From contig JAILQT010000114.1 in NCBI GenBank assembly GCA_024698805.1, positions 9,437 through 73,436 of the forward strand: a DNA stretch of 64,000 nucleotides. Reading direction: 5' to 3'. The translations under genes and the position numbers were made by a program. Positions within the stretch are counted from its first letter, which is position 1; each line of letters begins with the position of its first letter. The DNA comes from Solobacterium sp. (GTDB lineage Bacteria > Bacillota_I > Bacilli_A > Erysipelotrichales > Erysipelotrichaceae). Below, piece by piece: positions 48,393 through 58,478 of this stretch. The notes beneath the pieces were generated by a model that was given only the letters and a program-made list of their open reading frames with translations, searched no databases and was not told the DNA's origin.

Positions 48393-49689
48393 GATCACAA
48401 AAGGACTGCTTGGATTTCTGGACAGCAGCCCGACAGCGTTTCATGCGGTAAGGTCCGCAGCAGGGATCCTGGCGGAGAACGGATATGTGCGCCTTGAGGA
48501 AAAAGATCTGTGGGAGCTGGAAAAAGGCGGGAAGTATTATGTCACGCGCAATGCGTCGAGCCTGATCGCTTTCAGGATACCCGTGCAGGGATATGCCGGC
48601 TTCATGATCGCTGCGTCGCACTGTGATTCCCCGGCATTCAAGATCAAGGAGGATCCCGAGATCGTCTCCGACGGATATGTGCGTCTGAATGTCGAAAGGT
48701 ACGGCGGGATGCTGTGTGCGCCTTGGTTTGACAGACCGCTCTCCGTCGCGGGAAGGGTCATTGTCCGGACGGATGCCGGCATCGAGACAAAGCTGGTCGA
48801 TATCGGCCGCGATGTTGCGCTGATCCCGAATCTTGCGATCCACATGAACCGGAAGGCGAACGAGGGCGTTGCCTACAATATCCAGAAAGACCTTCTCCCC
48901 GTGATCGGCAGTGATGAAGTCAAAGGCTGCTTCATGAAAACGGTGGCGCAGGAAGCCGGCGTAAATGAAAAAGACATCCTCGGGCACGACCTGTTCCTGT
49001 ATGTCCGGGATAAGGGGACTGTCTGGGGTCTTGCGGATGAATATGTTTCCGCGCCGCATCTGGACGATCTGCAGTGCACCTACGGCAATCTGCTGGGATT
49101 CATTTCCGCAGAGCCGGGAGCGGGCATTCCGGTCCTGGCGGTATTCGACAATGAGGAAGTCGGCTCCTCCACGAAGCAGGGCGCCAATTCGACGTTCCTT
49201 GAGGATATCCTGAAACGGATCATGACAGCCCTCGGCATGGATACGCAGGAACAGCTGCGCATGCCGGCTTCATCCTTCATGGTCTCCGCGGACAACGCCC
49301 ATGCGGTGCATCCCGCGAATATGGATAAGGCAGACCCTGTCAACCGGCCGCAGATCAATAAAGGCATCGTCCTGAAGTACAGCGCCAACCAGAAATATAC
49401 GACAGACGCTGTGTCTGCTGCCGTGGTCCGCACAGTCTGCGAAAAGGCAGGTGTTCCCGTGCAGGTGTTCACGAACCGCTCGGATATGATCGGCGGCTCA
49501 ACGCTTGGCAACATATCCAACTCGCATATCTCCCTGAATACTGCCGACATCGGTCTGCCGCAGCTGGCGATGCATTCCTGTTATGAGACTGCAGGCGTGA
49601 AAGATACGGCATATCTCGCAGAGATGATGAAACTGTTCTTCTCGCTTTCCGTACAGACGGAATGTGACGGGAACTATACACTGAAATGA
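48379..49689 (+). CDS. M18 family aspartyl aminopeptidase
   Basis: SHCDSP, LDD, DNEEVGS, SADNAH, GGSTLG, LAMHS. Confidence 0.95.
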   Translation: MENSEITKGLLGFLDSSPTAFHAVRSAAGILAENGYVRLEEKDLWELEKGGKYYVTRNASSLIAFRIPVQGYAGFMIAASHCDSPAFKIKEDPEIVSDGYVRLNVERYGGMLCAPWFDRPLSVAGRVIVRTDAGIETKLVDIGRDVALIPNLAIHMNRKANEGVAYNIQKDLLPVIGSDEVKGCFMKTVAQEAGVNEKDILGHDLFLYVRDKGTVWGLADEYVSAPHLDDLQCTYGNLLGFISAEPGAGIPVLAVFDNEEVGSSTKQGANSTFLEDILKRIMTALGMDTQEQLRMPASSFMVSADNAHAVHPANMDKADPVNRPQINKGIVLKYSANQKYTTDAVSAAVVRTVCEKAGVPVQVFTNRSDMIGGSTLGNISNSHISLNTADIGLPQLAMHSCYETAGVKDTAYLAEMMKLFFSLSVQTECDGNYTLK

Positions 49690-49718
49690 AAAAAGGATCC
49701 GCGCGTGCGGATCCTTTT
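49690..49718. terminator. bidirectional terminator
   Basis: AAAAGGATCCGC-GCGT-GCGGATCCTTTT. Confidence 0.88.
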
Positions 49719-50409
49719 ACAGCCTGATCATCTGGTAGCCGATGCTCGTGTGCGTGCGGATCATCGATTCATCCGTACCTGCACTGAGCTTTTTTCGCAG
49801 TGAAGTCATATATACGCGCAGCGAGATGATGTCGGTCTCAACGCCTGTGCCCCAGATCTCGCTGATCATGTACGAATGCGTCAGGACTTTCCCGCAGTTC
49901 TTTGCCAGCATGCATAATATCCTGTATTCGATCGGGGTCAGGTGGATCTGTCTGTCGTTTACGAATACCGCTGCCTCCGCATAGCGGATCGTCAGGCATC
50001 CGTTCGTGAATACGCTGTTCTCGCTTTCCGCCTGATGCATATGCGTCCTGCGCCTCGCTGCGGCACGGATGCGCGCCATCAGTTCGTCAACGGAGAACGG
50101 CTTCGTCAGATAATCGTCCGCACCGGTATCCAGGGCTTCGATCTTGTCGGAATCCTCATGACGGGCGCTGATCACGATGATCGGCACGTCGCTCCACAGC
50201 CGGACCGTGCGGATGACTTCGATGCCGTCCATATCGGCCAGGCCGAGATCCAGCAGGATGATATCCGGATGCTGGGATGCGCACAGGGAAACGGCTTCTT
50301 TCCCGTACGACGCCGTCAGGTATTCATAATCGTTGAGCTTCAGTGATGTCGTGATCAGATGCATGACAGACCGGTCATCCTCGACGACAAGTATCCTGCA
50401 GTCTTTCAT
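49717..50409 (-). CDS. kdpE: KdpE-like OmpR-family response regulator
   Basis: VEDD, LLDLGLADMDG, GADDYLTKPF, LTPIEY, LRVYMTSLRKKL. Confidence 0.85.
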   Translation of the reverse strand: MKDCRILVVEDDRSVMHLITTSLKLNDYEYLTASYGKEAVSLCASQHPDIILLDLGLADMDGIEVIRTVRLWSDVPIIVISARHEDSDKIEALDTGADDYLTKPFSVDELMARIRAAARRRTHMHQAESENSVFTNGCLTIRYAEAAVFVNDRQIHLTPIEYRILCMLAKNCGKVLTHSYMISEIWGTGVETDIISLRVYMTSLRKKLSAGTDESMIRTHTSIGYQMIRL

Positions 50410-52334
50410 AACGGAGCTACCTCCTTCGCTTCCAGTGAGATCCGGAATACGGATCCGTTGGGTATATTGTCTTCCACAACGATCTGCTGGCCGTGTTTCT
50501 CCATGATCGCGCGGCACATGTTCAGGCCGATGCCGAGGCTTCTCTGGCTGTCGGATACGGAATGGCTTCCGGTATAGAACAGTCCGAAGATGTTCTCTTT
50601 TTCCTCATCTGGTATGCCCGGTCCGCTGTCTGCGACGCTGATCCACACAAGACCTTCTTCCCTTCGTGCGCTGATGCGGATATCGGTCCCGTCCGGCGTA
50701 TGGCGTATGGCGTTGCTGATGAGGTTGATCAGTACCTGGATGATCAGCTTCGTATCGGCGTAAATGAACAGGAAATCGTCGATATCGTCTACAGTGATGC
50801 GGTCATTGTGATGCCTGTCGATATGCCGCAGGCTCTCTTCGATGATGTCCCGGACATTCTCGACACTCATGTTCAGCGTGCTGTCGCTTTCGAGCTTTGT
50901 CACGGTCAGGATATTCTCCATCTGTTCGCTGAGCCATACAGACTCGTCATAGATATCTTCGTAGATCAGGTGCCTGTCCGCTTCCGCCAGGTTCTGTCCG
51001 CTTGTGATCAGTGTCTCCGCATTCCCGTAGATGGAAGTCAGCGGCGTACGCAGGTCATGGGAGACCGAACGGAGCAGGGAAGCACGGAAATGCTCGTTGC
51101 CTGCCATGATCTCGGCGTCCTGACGGGCTTTTTCTTTCTGCTCGTTGTCAAGGGCCATGGCGCATTCCGAAATGATCGACAGCAGCAGGGAGTTCTCAAA
51201 TTCGCTCAGTGCGCCTTTTTTCATGTCGACGCCGATGACGCCGTAAGTCCTGTCGGAAGAATATACGCTTAGATACCGGAACCTGCATGAAGGGAACCTG
51301 TCTGTAAAGGCGCCGGAATGATGATTGTTTTCGGTCGTCCACAGGACCGCTTCCGTTTCTTTCTGCAGATCGTAATCGTCCGCGTTCGAGCCGGGATAGC
51401 GGAAGAGTTCCTGGTCACCGGGGACGCCTGAACTCACCGTATAGCAGACCAGGGTGCGCTGGATCAGGATGACCAGCTGCCTGCACGTGATGCGCATGAT
51501 CTCCGTGCTGTTGTTTGCCTGCTGGAGCTGGTTGGATGTCTCCAGCAGGACCTTTGCCTGATAGGCATTCTCGGCGAACTGGTGCGCAACGTTCTTCATC
51601 CGCGCTGCCAGCGAACTGGTGATCAGGGCCGCTACGATCGTTACGAAATATGTGACCATGTATTCCGGATCGTAGACGAGCAGGGAGAAGCGCGGTTCTA
51701 TGAAGAGGTAATTGAACAGCAGGATATACAGCAGTGCCGCGATGATGCCGTAGCGGACATGCGCAGTCAGTACGGAAGTGACCAGCACAGCCAGGATATA
51801 GATCGTGATGATGTTCGCGTTGGAATACGGCGAACCGTAGAACCAGTAGGAAAGCAGCGTGGCTGCGGCCATGACAGCCGTCAGCAGCAGGATATCCCGC
51901 AGGGAACCGCCGGAACCGGATGTCTTCATCCGGATCTCGGGGAACGGGGAAACCTTTGCGTCCGGGATCACATGGATATCAATATCCGGCAGGAGTTCGG
52001 CCAGCTGCTGTGAAAAAGGCTTCCTGACCGGGAACAGGCCTGTCGGGGCGCTGCTGCCGATAAAGAGGTCGCTGACATTCATCTTCCTGGCATATTCCGA
52101 GATCTGCAGGGCGACATCGCTGCTGTCGATCCGGCAGATAGACGCATGAAAAGACATGGCATAGCTGATGTTGTTCAGCAGGGCGGCTGAATCGGTGTTT
52201 TTGCCGATATAGATCCCCGTCAGCGGCAGGGAAGCCGCCTCAGCCATCCTGGCTGCCGCATGGATCACCCTCCTGCATGTGGGTGACGCGGACAGACAGA
52301 CCATAATCGTTTTCTCTGCTTCGTTGTTTTCCAT
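50406..52334 (-). CDS. kdpD: KdpD-like sensor kinase (USP-4TM-GAF-HisKA-HATPase) lacking the N-terminal KdpD domain
   Basis: IMVCLSASP USP start, FNYLFIEPRFSL TM motif, SVSHDLRTPLT, NLISNA, DSGPG, GIGL. Confidence 0.85.
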   Translation of the reverse strand: MENNEAEKTIMVCLSASPTCRRVIHAAARMAEAASLPLTGIYIGKNTDSAALLNNISYAMSFHASICRIDSSDVALQISEYARKMNVSDLFIGSSAPTGLFPVRKPFSQQLAELLPDIDIHVIPDAKVSPFPEIRMKTSGSGGSLRDILLLTAVMAAATLLSYWFYGSPYSNANIITIYILAVLVTSVLTAHVRYGIIAALLYILLFNYLFIEPRFSLLVYDPEYMVTYFVTIVAALITSSLAARMKNVAHQFAENAYQAKVLLETSNQLQQANNSTEIMRITCRQLVILIQRTLVCYTVSSGVPGDQELFRYPGSNADDYDLQKETEAVLWTTENNHHSGAFTDRFPSCRFRYLSVYSSDRTYGVIGVDMKKGALSEFENSLLLSIISECAMALDNEQKEKARQDAEIMAGNEHFRASLLRSVSHDLRTPLTSIYGNAETLITSGQNLAEADRHLIYEDIYDESVWLSEQMENILTVTKLESDSTLNMSVENVRDIIEESLRHIDRHHNDRITVDDIDDFLFIYADTKLIIQVLINLISNAIRHTPDGTDIRISARREEGLVWISVADSGPGIPDEEKENIFGLFYTGSHSVSDSQRSLGIGLNMCRAIMEKHGQQIVVEDNIPNGSVFRISLEAKEVAPL

Positions 52335-52343
52335 AACCGGGTC

Positions 52344-52799
52344 TTACGCTTTATATTCCGCTTCCCGGATCACTCCTTTTGATACGAGCTGGCTGATCAG
52401 CTCTGCGAACTTATCAGAATAGAGGATCCGGATATTTCTCTCTTCATCATCATCGTCATCACAGCGGATGCCGATATGGGGAAAGACGCATTTTCCGAAC
52501 ACGCATTTCATGCCTTCGATGTACTCATAATTCTCTTCGGAGAGGATCGCGAGATCAAAGGGGATATTCTCAATGGACGCGATGATCTCCCTGCCGGAAG
52601 CAGCTGTGATCCTGCACGTGCGGAGATCGAATCTCCCGCTCAGCAGCTGTATATAGTCGGGATCGTCCATGAGGACACACAGTTCATCGTCTTCATCATA
52701 GCTTTTATGCTGCGTGATAAAAACTGCCATTCTCTGCGTCGCATAATACAGTACAGCCGCACCGGCGAAGAAACCGGCAATAATGACAAGATTAATCAT
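52344..52799 (-). CDS. hypothetical protein with N-terminal TM, inside the ktr-kdpDE operon
   Basis: AGGAG RBS; tight spacing with neighbours. Confidence 0.75.
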   Translation of the reverse strand: MINLVIIAGFFAGAAVLYYATQRMAVFITQHKSYDEDDELCVLMDDPDYIQLLSGRFDLRTCRITAASGREIIASIENIPFDLAILSEENYEYIEGMKCVFGKCVFPHIGIRCDDDDDEERNIRILYSDKFAELISQLVSKGVIREAEYKA

Positions 52800-52808
52800 A
52801 GCTTTCTC

Positions 52809-53459
52809 CTATCGGCCTGTAAACAGCTTCTGAACGTCGCTGTTCTTCCCGAGCACAAGCATGACCTGTCCCTGCTTCAGTACTGTTTTATCCGTGATGC
52901 TCATATCCATCGTCTCGTTTTTAACGCCGAGGATATTCAGGTTGTAGTTTTTCCTTACCTGCAGTTCACCGATCCTTTTGCTGTCCCAGCGCTGCGGGAC
53001 CGTGATCTCAAATACCGCATAGTCATCGACCAGCTCGATGTAGTTCGAGATATAGTCGGAACTGTAGCGTATCGCTGTCCAGCTGCCGAACTGCCTTTCC
53101 GGGAATACGACTTCATCCGCGCCGTTGCGGAGCAGGAATTTCTCCTGTGAACCGCTCGTTGCGCGGGAGACGATCTTCTGGGCGCCAAGTTCGGAAAGCA
53201 GGAACGTCGTTTCCAGCGAACTCAGGAAGTTGTCCCCGATCGCGACGATGCACAGATCGAAATTGCGGATGCCGAGTGTCTTCATGAACTCTTCACTCGT
53301 ACTGTCGCCGATCCGCGCACTGACCGTGTAGGGGAGCACCCTTTCAAGCCGTTCCTCGCTTTTATCTACCACAAGGACATGATGCCCGAGTTCGTGAAGC
53401 TTCATGATCGTGTATTTGCCGAATCTGCCGGCACCGATGACCAGAACACTTTTAGCCAT
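52809..53459 (-). CDS. ktrA: KtrA/TrkA potassium uptake regulatory subunit
   Basis: VIGAGRFG, IVAIG, GADEVVFPE; RCK-N and RCK-C. Confidence 0.93.
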   Translation of the reverse strand: MAKSVLVIGAGRFGKYTIMKLHELGHHVLVVDKSEERLERVLPYTVSARIGDSTSEEFMKTLGIRNFDLCIVAIGDNFLSSLETTFLLSELGAQKIVSRATSGSQEKFLLRNGADEVVFPERQFGSWTAIRYSSDYISNYIELVDDYAVFEITVPQRWDSKRIGELQVRKNYNLNILGVKNETMDMSITDKTVLKQGQVMLVLGKNSDVQKLFTGR

Positions 53460-53470
53460 AATCTTCTCCT

Positions 53471-54817
53471 TTAGCCGATGATCAGTTTTTCCGCGGGATA
53501 TTTGCCGCTCGAAACGCTTTCCGGTGCGACCAGGCTGTACGCTATCGTGAGACCGCCGACACGCCCGAAAAACATGAACAGGATCAATATGATCTTTGAG
53601 GATGCCGCGAGCGACGGCGTGATGCCTGTCGTCAGACCGACTGTGCCGAGTGCGGAAGCGCATTCGAACATGGCTTTCAGTACGGTGGTATTCTCGATCA
53701 TACTGATCAGTACGGTGCCTGCCAGAAGCAGGATCAGATACGCTGCCATTACCGAGACAGCCGTATGGAGGTCATCCTCACTGAGACGCCTTCCGAAGCA
53801 GGAAGTGCTTTTCCTGCGTCTCATGAAAGAAACGGAACTGATGATGAGGACGCTGACGGAAACGATCTTGATACCGCCTGCAGTGGAACAGGAAGCGCCG
53901 CCGATCATCATCAGGATGACCGTGACGAACTGGCCTGCCTCCGACATCTGCCCGATATCCGCCGTATTGAAACCGGCAGTACGCGGCGTGACAGCCTGGA
54001 ACAGGGAACACAGGATCCTTTCCTTCATCCCCATATCCCTGAATTCACAGAGGAAGAAGAACAGGAACGGGAATACGAGCAGGACAGCGGTCGTTACAAG
54101 CACGAGCTTCGTCTGCAGGGTATACCGCTGGAAGTTGAACCTGTGCACATGAAGATCGCGCCAGGTAAGGAAACCGATCCCGCCGATAATGATCAGCGCG
54201 CATATGACAAGGTTGACCGTGACATCCGCACGGAAAGCCGTCAGTGACGAAAAAGGCGCTTCACTGCCCATCAGGTCAAAGCCTGCATTGCAGAAAGCGG
54301 AAATGGAATGGAATACGGAGAGACCGAGGCTCTTCCAGAATCCCCCTCTTCGCAGGAATACCGGCATCAGCAGCACTGCCCCGCAGGCTTCGATGATCAT
54401 TGTCCGGATCAGGATGAACCGGATCAGGCCGACGATGCCCTGCAGCTGCGGTGCGGAGACCGCTTCCTGCATGATGGTGCGCTTCCTGACACCGATCTTC
54501 TGACCGGATATCAGGAAGAACGCACCAGCTATCGTTATGATGCCGAGACCGCCGGTCTGTATAAGGAGAAGAATGACGGATCTGCCGAACAGGGACCAGC
54601 AGGTGCCGGTATCGTAGATGACGAGCCCGGTCACACATGTCGCGGATGCGGAAGTGAACAGGGCGTCAATAAACGGTACAGGCCTGCCTGAAGAAGATAC
54701 GGGAAGGCACAGAAGAACTCCGCCCAGAAAGATAAGGGCGGAAAAACCCAGAAGAATAATACGGAATGCTGTCATATTCTCATTCAGTCTGGACTTCAGA
54801 CCGCGATCTGGCTTCAT
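53471..54817 (-). CDS. ktrB: KtrB/TrkH potassium uptake membrane subunit
   Basis: SATCVTGL, SAFCNAGF, TPRTAGF, STAGGIK, SALGTVGL. Confidence 0.95.
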   Translation of the reverse strand: MKPDRGLKSRLNENMTAFRIILLGFSALIFLGGVLLCLPVSSSGRPVPFIDALFTSASATCVTGLVIYDTGTCWSLFGRSVILLLIQTGGLGIITIAGAFFLISGQKIGVRKRTIMQEAVSAPQLQGIVGLIRFILIRTMIIEACGAVLLMPVFLRRGGFWKSLGLSVFHSISAFCNAGFDLMGSEAPFSSLTAFRADVTVNLVICALIIIGGIGFLTWRDLHVHRFNFQRYTLQTKLVLVTTAVLLVFPFLFFFLCEFRDMGMKERILCSLFQAVTPRTAGFNTADIGQMSEAGQFVTVILMMIGGASCSTAGGIKIVSVSVLIISSVSFMRRRKSTSCFGRRLSEDDLHTAVSVMAAYLILLLAGTVLISMIENTTVLKAMFECASALGTVGLTTGITPSLAASSKIILILFMFFGRVGGLTIAYSLVAPESVSSGKYPAEKLIIG

Positions 54818-54841
54818 AACATACTTCCTTTCGATGAGAAC

Positions 54842-54907
54842 ATTATCGTTTTAATCGCATTAAAACAGGATTAAAAACCGGGCCGGTGCATTAAAATCAC
54901 GTTAAGA
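54842..54907 (-). promoter_or_regulatory. OmpR-type direct repeats and -10 box upstream of ktrB
   Basis: Plus-strand CATTAAAA 54858, GATTAAAA 54869, CATTAAAA 54889, CGTTAAGA 54900 (periods 11, 20, 11); GATAAT on the minus strand at 54842-54847. Confidence 0.65.
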
Positions 54908-54941
54908 CAAAAAAAGACATCCCTTCCGGGATGCCATGGAA

Positions 54942-56903
54942 TTATTTTGTATGTTTGTTGAACCAGTCTGTGATCTCGTTCAGCCTTCTCAGCCTGTGCT
55001 GCGGTTTGCCGGAACGCGAGAGCTCATGGTTCTCGCCGCGGAACATGCACATGCGTGTCTCGATCCCCTGTACGGCAAGGGCCTGCATCATCTGCATGCC
55101 TTCGGCGAGCGGGCACCTGTAGTCTTCGTCACTGTGGATGAACAGTGTCGGCGTATGGCAGTCGGCAGCGTATTTCAGCGGGGAATGTTTCCAGAGCAGC
55201 TCTGTGTCAGCGGATGTGAAGAGTCCTTTCGCACCGCACTGGTCCGGTCCGAACCAGGGGCCGATATCGCTGATCAGCGAGAAGGAGATCCAGTTGGAGA
55301 TCGATCTCTGGGAAGCTGCGCAGCAGAAACGGTCTGTGTGCGTGATGATCCAGTTGGTCATAAAACCGCCGTAGGAACCGCCGGTCTCGCAGATCCTGTC
55401 TGTGTCGATCGCGGGATATGCCGCAAGGACTGCATCTGTGAAATCCATCAGGTTATCGAAATCAACGAAGCCGTACTGGTCGCGGATATCGGCGAAGGCA
55501 TCGCCTCTTCCGTCGGAGCCCCTGATATTCGTGAAGAATACGATATATCCTTCAGCGGCCCATGCCTGCATCTCATGGAAGAAACATGTGCTGTAAACGC
55601 ATCTGGGACCGCCGTGGATATCGAATACAGCGGGATATTTCTTTGCGGGATCGTAATCTTCGGGCAGCAGCACCCAGCCGTGCAGCTCTTCGCCATGGGA
55701 TGTATAGTCGACCCTGTTGGGTTTGGCGACATATCTGCCCTCGACCGCTTTCGTATTCAGTTCGGTGATCTGCCTGATCTCTGTGCCTTCGGCGATATAT
55801 ACTTCCGCGGGAGCGTCTTCAGGAACGCCTGCAAATGCGATCCTGCCGCCTTTTGTATCGAAACAGCTGATATCCGGGAAAGATACGACGATCGTCTCAT
55901 TCGTTTCGGAATCGTATCTCCTGATCTCTGCGTGATCGTCATTTGTTTCAAGAGTATAGTAATACCCGCCGGCTGTGAAAGCGGACTTCCCGCCGCCGAG
56001 CAGGACGTCTGTCGCCACGCTGCAGTGCATGCCGAGCTCAGGCTTACGGATCTTCTTCAGTTCCCCGTCTTCAACGAGGCAGAAATACGGTGTCTCATTA
56101 ACGCCGTATGTCTTCATATCCGAAGCCAGTGCATACAGCTTTCCGTCAAGCATATAGATATTGGATACGGAATGATCCTCTTTTCCGTACAGTACTGCGA
56201 CCTTATCTTCTGCGGGATCGTAGGCGTAGATCTGCTCATACATCGATGTGCAGCCTTTCATCTCGCTTCCTGTGAAGTAAGCTTTTCCGTCTTCGACGAT
56301 CACTGCGGAAAGATCGAAATACGGGTCTGTCAGACGTCTGATCTCTGTTTTTCCACCTGTTTTTACAAGGAACAGGGCACTCCTCTTCCCGTTGGTGAAG
56401 CCTGCACCGTTGAACCAGTAGGGGACTTCGTCCAGGACTTCATAGTCAGCTTCCTTTTTCAGCGCTTCCGCTTTTTCGGCGGCTGTCTTCTCATCATCCA
56501 GATAAGCGTCCGGATCATCTGCACGGATGAAGCCTGCAGCGATATACATACCTGCGTCCAGCTTCTTCATGGAACGGAGGATGAACGGAAGCGTGATCCA
56601 GATCTGCGCTTCACCGCCGTTTACGCTGAGCCTGTACAGCTCTGTCGCTGCGGACTTGTGTTCCTCTTTCGTCCTGGAGATGACCATCGTTTCATCATCT
56701 TCCCAGAAGATCAGGGAGGAGTCGCCGGAGGAAGTGAACTGAACGGGCGTTTTGTCTTTCATAAGCCATACGTCGCGCTTATATGTGTTCTTTTCCGTAT
56801 CCGCGTACGCAGTCTGGAAAGCAAGGTACTTTCCGTCCGGGCTGTACTGCAGGTTCTCGGGGAATCTGTAGGTACAGATGTCATCAATTAAAATCTTTTC
56901 CAT
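54942..56903 (-). CDS. S9 family peptidase (acylaminoacyl/dipeptidyl peptidase-like)
   Basis: IHGGP, GGSYGG, EDYRC, ENHELSRSG triad motifs. Confidence 0.95.
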   Translation of the reverse strand: MEKILIDDICTYRFPENLQYSPDGKYLAFQTAYADTEKNTYKRDVWLMKDKTPVQFTSSGDSSLIFWEDDETMVISRTKEEHKSAATELYRLSVNGGEAQIWITLPFILRSMKKLDAGMYIAAGFIRADDPDAYLDDEKTAAEKAEALKKEADYEVLDEVPYWFNGAGFTNGKRSALFLVKTGGKTEIRRLTDPYFDLSAVIVEDGKAYFTGSEMKGCTSMYEQIYAYDPAEDKVAVLYGKEDHSVSNIYMLDGKLYALASDMKTYGVNETPYFCLVEDGELKKIRKPELGMHCSVATDVLLGGGKSAFTAGGYYYTLETNDDHAEIRRYDSETNETIVVSFPDISCFDTKGGRIAFAGVPEDAPAEVYIAEGTEIRQITELNTKAVEGRYVAKPNRVDYTSHGEELHGWVLLPEDYDPAKKYPAVFDIHGGPRCVYSTCFFHEMQAWAAEGYIVFFTNIRGSDGRGDAFADIRDQYGFVDFDNLMDFTDAVLAAYPAIDTDRICETGGSYGGFMTNWIITHTDRFCCAASQRSISNWISFSLISDIGPWFGPDQCGAKGLFTSADTELLWKHSPLKYAADCHTPTLFIHSDEDYRCPLAEGMQMMQALAVQGIETRMCMFRGENHELSRSGKPQHRLRRLNEITDWFNKHTK

Positions 56904-57077
56904 ATACGTTACCTCAAACACGAATATTATATATTTCCGGCAGGCAAAATTAAATGTTCATGCATATACAGGAATAATGTAATAATTTTCATAAAAAGAA
57001 AGTGTTTTCAACTATAGAGAATGAGTGTAAAATAACTTTCGTGAATGCGTAATGCATGAAAATACAGGAGGGAAATC

Positions 57078-58424
57078 ATGAGCGATTACGTTAAACGTGT
57101 CATTGAAGAAACGAAAGCAAAGAATCCCAATGAACCGGAATTCCTGCAGACAGTGGAAGAAGTCCTGACTTCGATCGAACCCGTTATTGAAAAGCACCCG
57201 GAATATGAGAAGGCTGCTCTTCTTGAGCGCATCGTCGAACCCGAGAGAGTGATCGAGTTCCGCGTTGCCTGGATGGATGATGAAGGCAAAGCCCATGTCA
57301 ACAGGGGCTACAGGATCCAGTTCAACGGAGCGATCGGTCCGTACAAAGGCGGTCTGCGCTTCCACCCGTCAGTCAATCTTTCGATCCTGAAATTCCTTGG
57401 ATTTGAACAGATCTTCAAGAACAGCCTGACAACACTGCCGATCGGCGGCGGCAAAGGCGGCTCTGATTTTGATCCCCACGGAAAATCCGACGCTGAGATC
57501 ATGCGTTTCTGCCAGGCTTTCATGACAGAGCTGCAGAGACATATCGGTCCGGATACTGACGTTCCCGCAGGCGACATCGGTGTAGGCGGCAGGGAGATCG
57601 GCTATCTGTTCGGTCAGTACAGACGCATCAGGGACGCATATGAGAACGGCGTCCTGACAGGCAAAGGCCTCACATACGGCGGTTCCCTTATCCGTCCCGA
57701 AGCGACAGGATTCGGCGTCCTGTATTATGCAGAGCAGGTGCTGAAGCATGAGAACGACTCCATCGAAGGCAAGACATTCGTCCTTTCCGGTTACGGAAAC
57801 GTCGCATGGGGCGCAGCGACAAAGATCGCGCAGCTCGGCGGCAAGGCAGTTACGATCTCCGGCCACAACGGCTATGTTTATGACCCGGATGGGATCGTCG
57901 GCGAAGAAAAGCTGAACTACCTGCTTGAGATGCGTGCTTCCAGACATGCGAACATCAAGATGTATGCGGAAAAATTCGGCTGCGAGTTCCACGAAGGCGA
58001 GAAGCCCTGGGGCGTCAAGGCAGACGTATACATTCCGTGTGCGACACAGAACGAAGTTACACTGGATGAAGCGAAGAAGATCGTCGCGAACGGTGCGAAG
58101 TACTACTTCGAAGGCGCTAACATGCCCGCAACGAACGAAGCAGTCAAGTACCTGCAGGAAAACGGCGTGATCGTCGGCCCCGCGAAGGCAGTCAATGCCG
58201 GCGGCGTATCCGTATCCGCTCTTGAGATGTCACAGAACTCCATGAGATACGGCTGGTCTGCAGAAGAAGTAGACGCCAAGCTGCACGATATCATGAAGTC
58301 CATCCATGACAACTCCGCTGCTGCAGCAGCTGAATACGGTCTTGGCTATGACCTCGTCAAAGGTGCGAATATCGCCGGTTTCGCAAAAGTTGCCGAAGCG
58401 ATGATGGCGCAGGGCTTATTCTGA
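57078..58424 (+). CDS. gdhA: NADP-specific glutamate dehydrogenase
   Basis: GPYKGGLRFHP, GGGKGG, DVPAGDIG, RPEATG, EGANMP. Confidence 0.98.
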   Translation: MSDYVKRVIEETKAKNPNEPEFLQTVEEVLTSIEPVIEKHPEYEKAALLERIVEPERVIEFRVAWMDDEGKAHVNRGYRIQFNGAIGPYKGGLRFHPSVNLSILKFLGFEQIFKNSLTTLPIGGGKGGSDFDPHGKSDAEIMRFCQAFMTELQRHIGPDTDVPAGDIGVGGREIGYLFGQYRRIRDAYENGVLTGKGLTYGGSLIRPEATGFGVLYYAEQVLKHENDSIEGKTFVLSGYGNVAWGAATKIAQLGGKAVTISGHNGYVYDPDGIVGEEKLNYLLEMRASRHANIKMYAEKFGCEFHEGEKPWGVKADVYIPCATQNEVTLDEAKKIVANGAKYYFEGANMPATNEAVKYLQENGVIVGPAKAVNAGGVSVSALEMSQNSMRYGWSAEEVDAKLHDIMKSIHDNSAAAAAEYGLGYDLVKGANIAGFAKVAEAMMAQGLF

Positions 58425-58434
58425 GAGTAAAATA

Positions 58435-58467
58435 GAACCTGTCCGAGGGATCGGACAGGTTTTTCTT
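58435..58467 (+). terminator. intrinsic terminator of gdhA
   Basis: AACCTGTCCGA-GGGA-TCGGACAGGTTTTT. Confidence 0.88.
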
Positions 58468-58478
58468 CGGAGGTCGGT

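Noticed and set aside
54820-54935. c-di-AMP riboswitch upstream of ktrB
   Set aside because: The region is too short and AT-rich, and I could not recognise the ydaO consensus.
54936-56891. 651-aa plus-strand ORF
   Set aside because: Antisense shadow of the S9 peptidase. The same applies to other long opposite-strand ORFs such as 5653-6900, 22346-23605 and 24925-26229.
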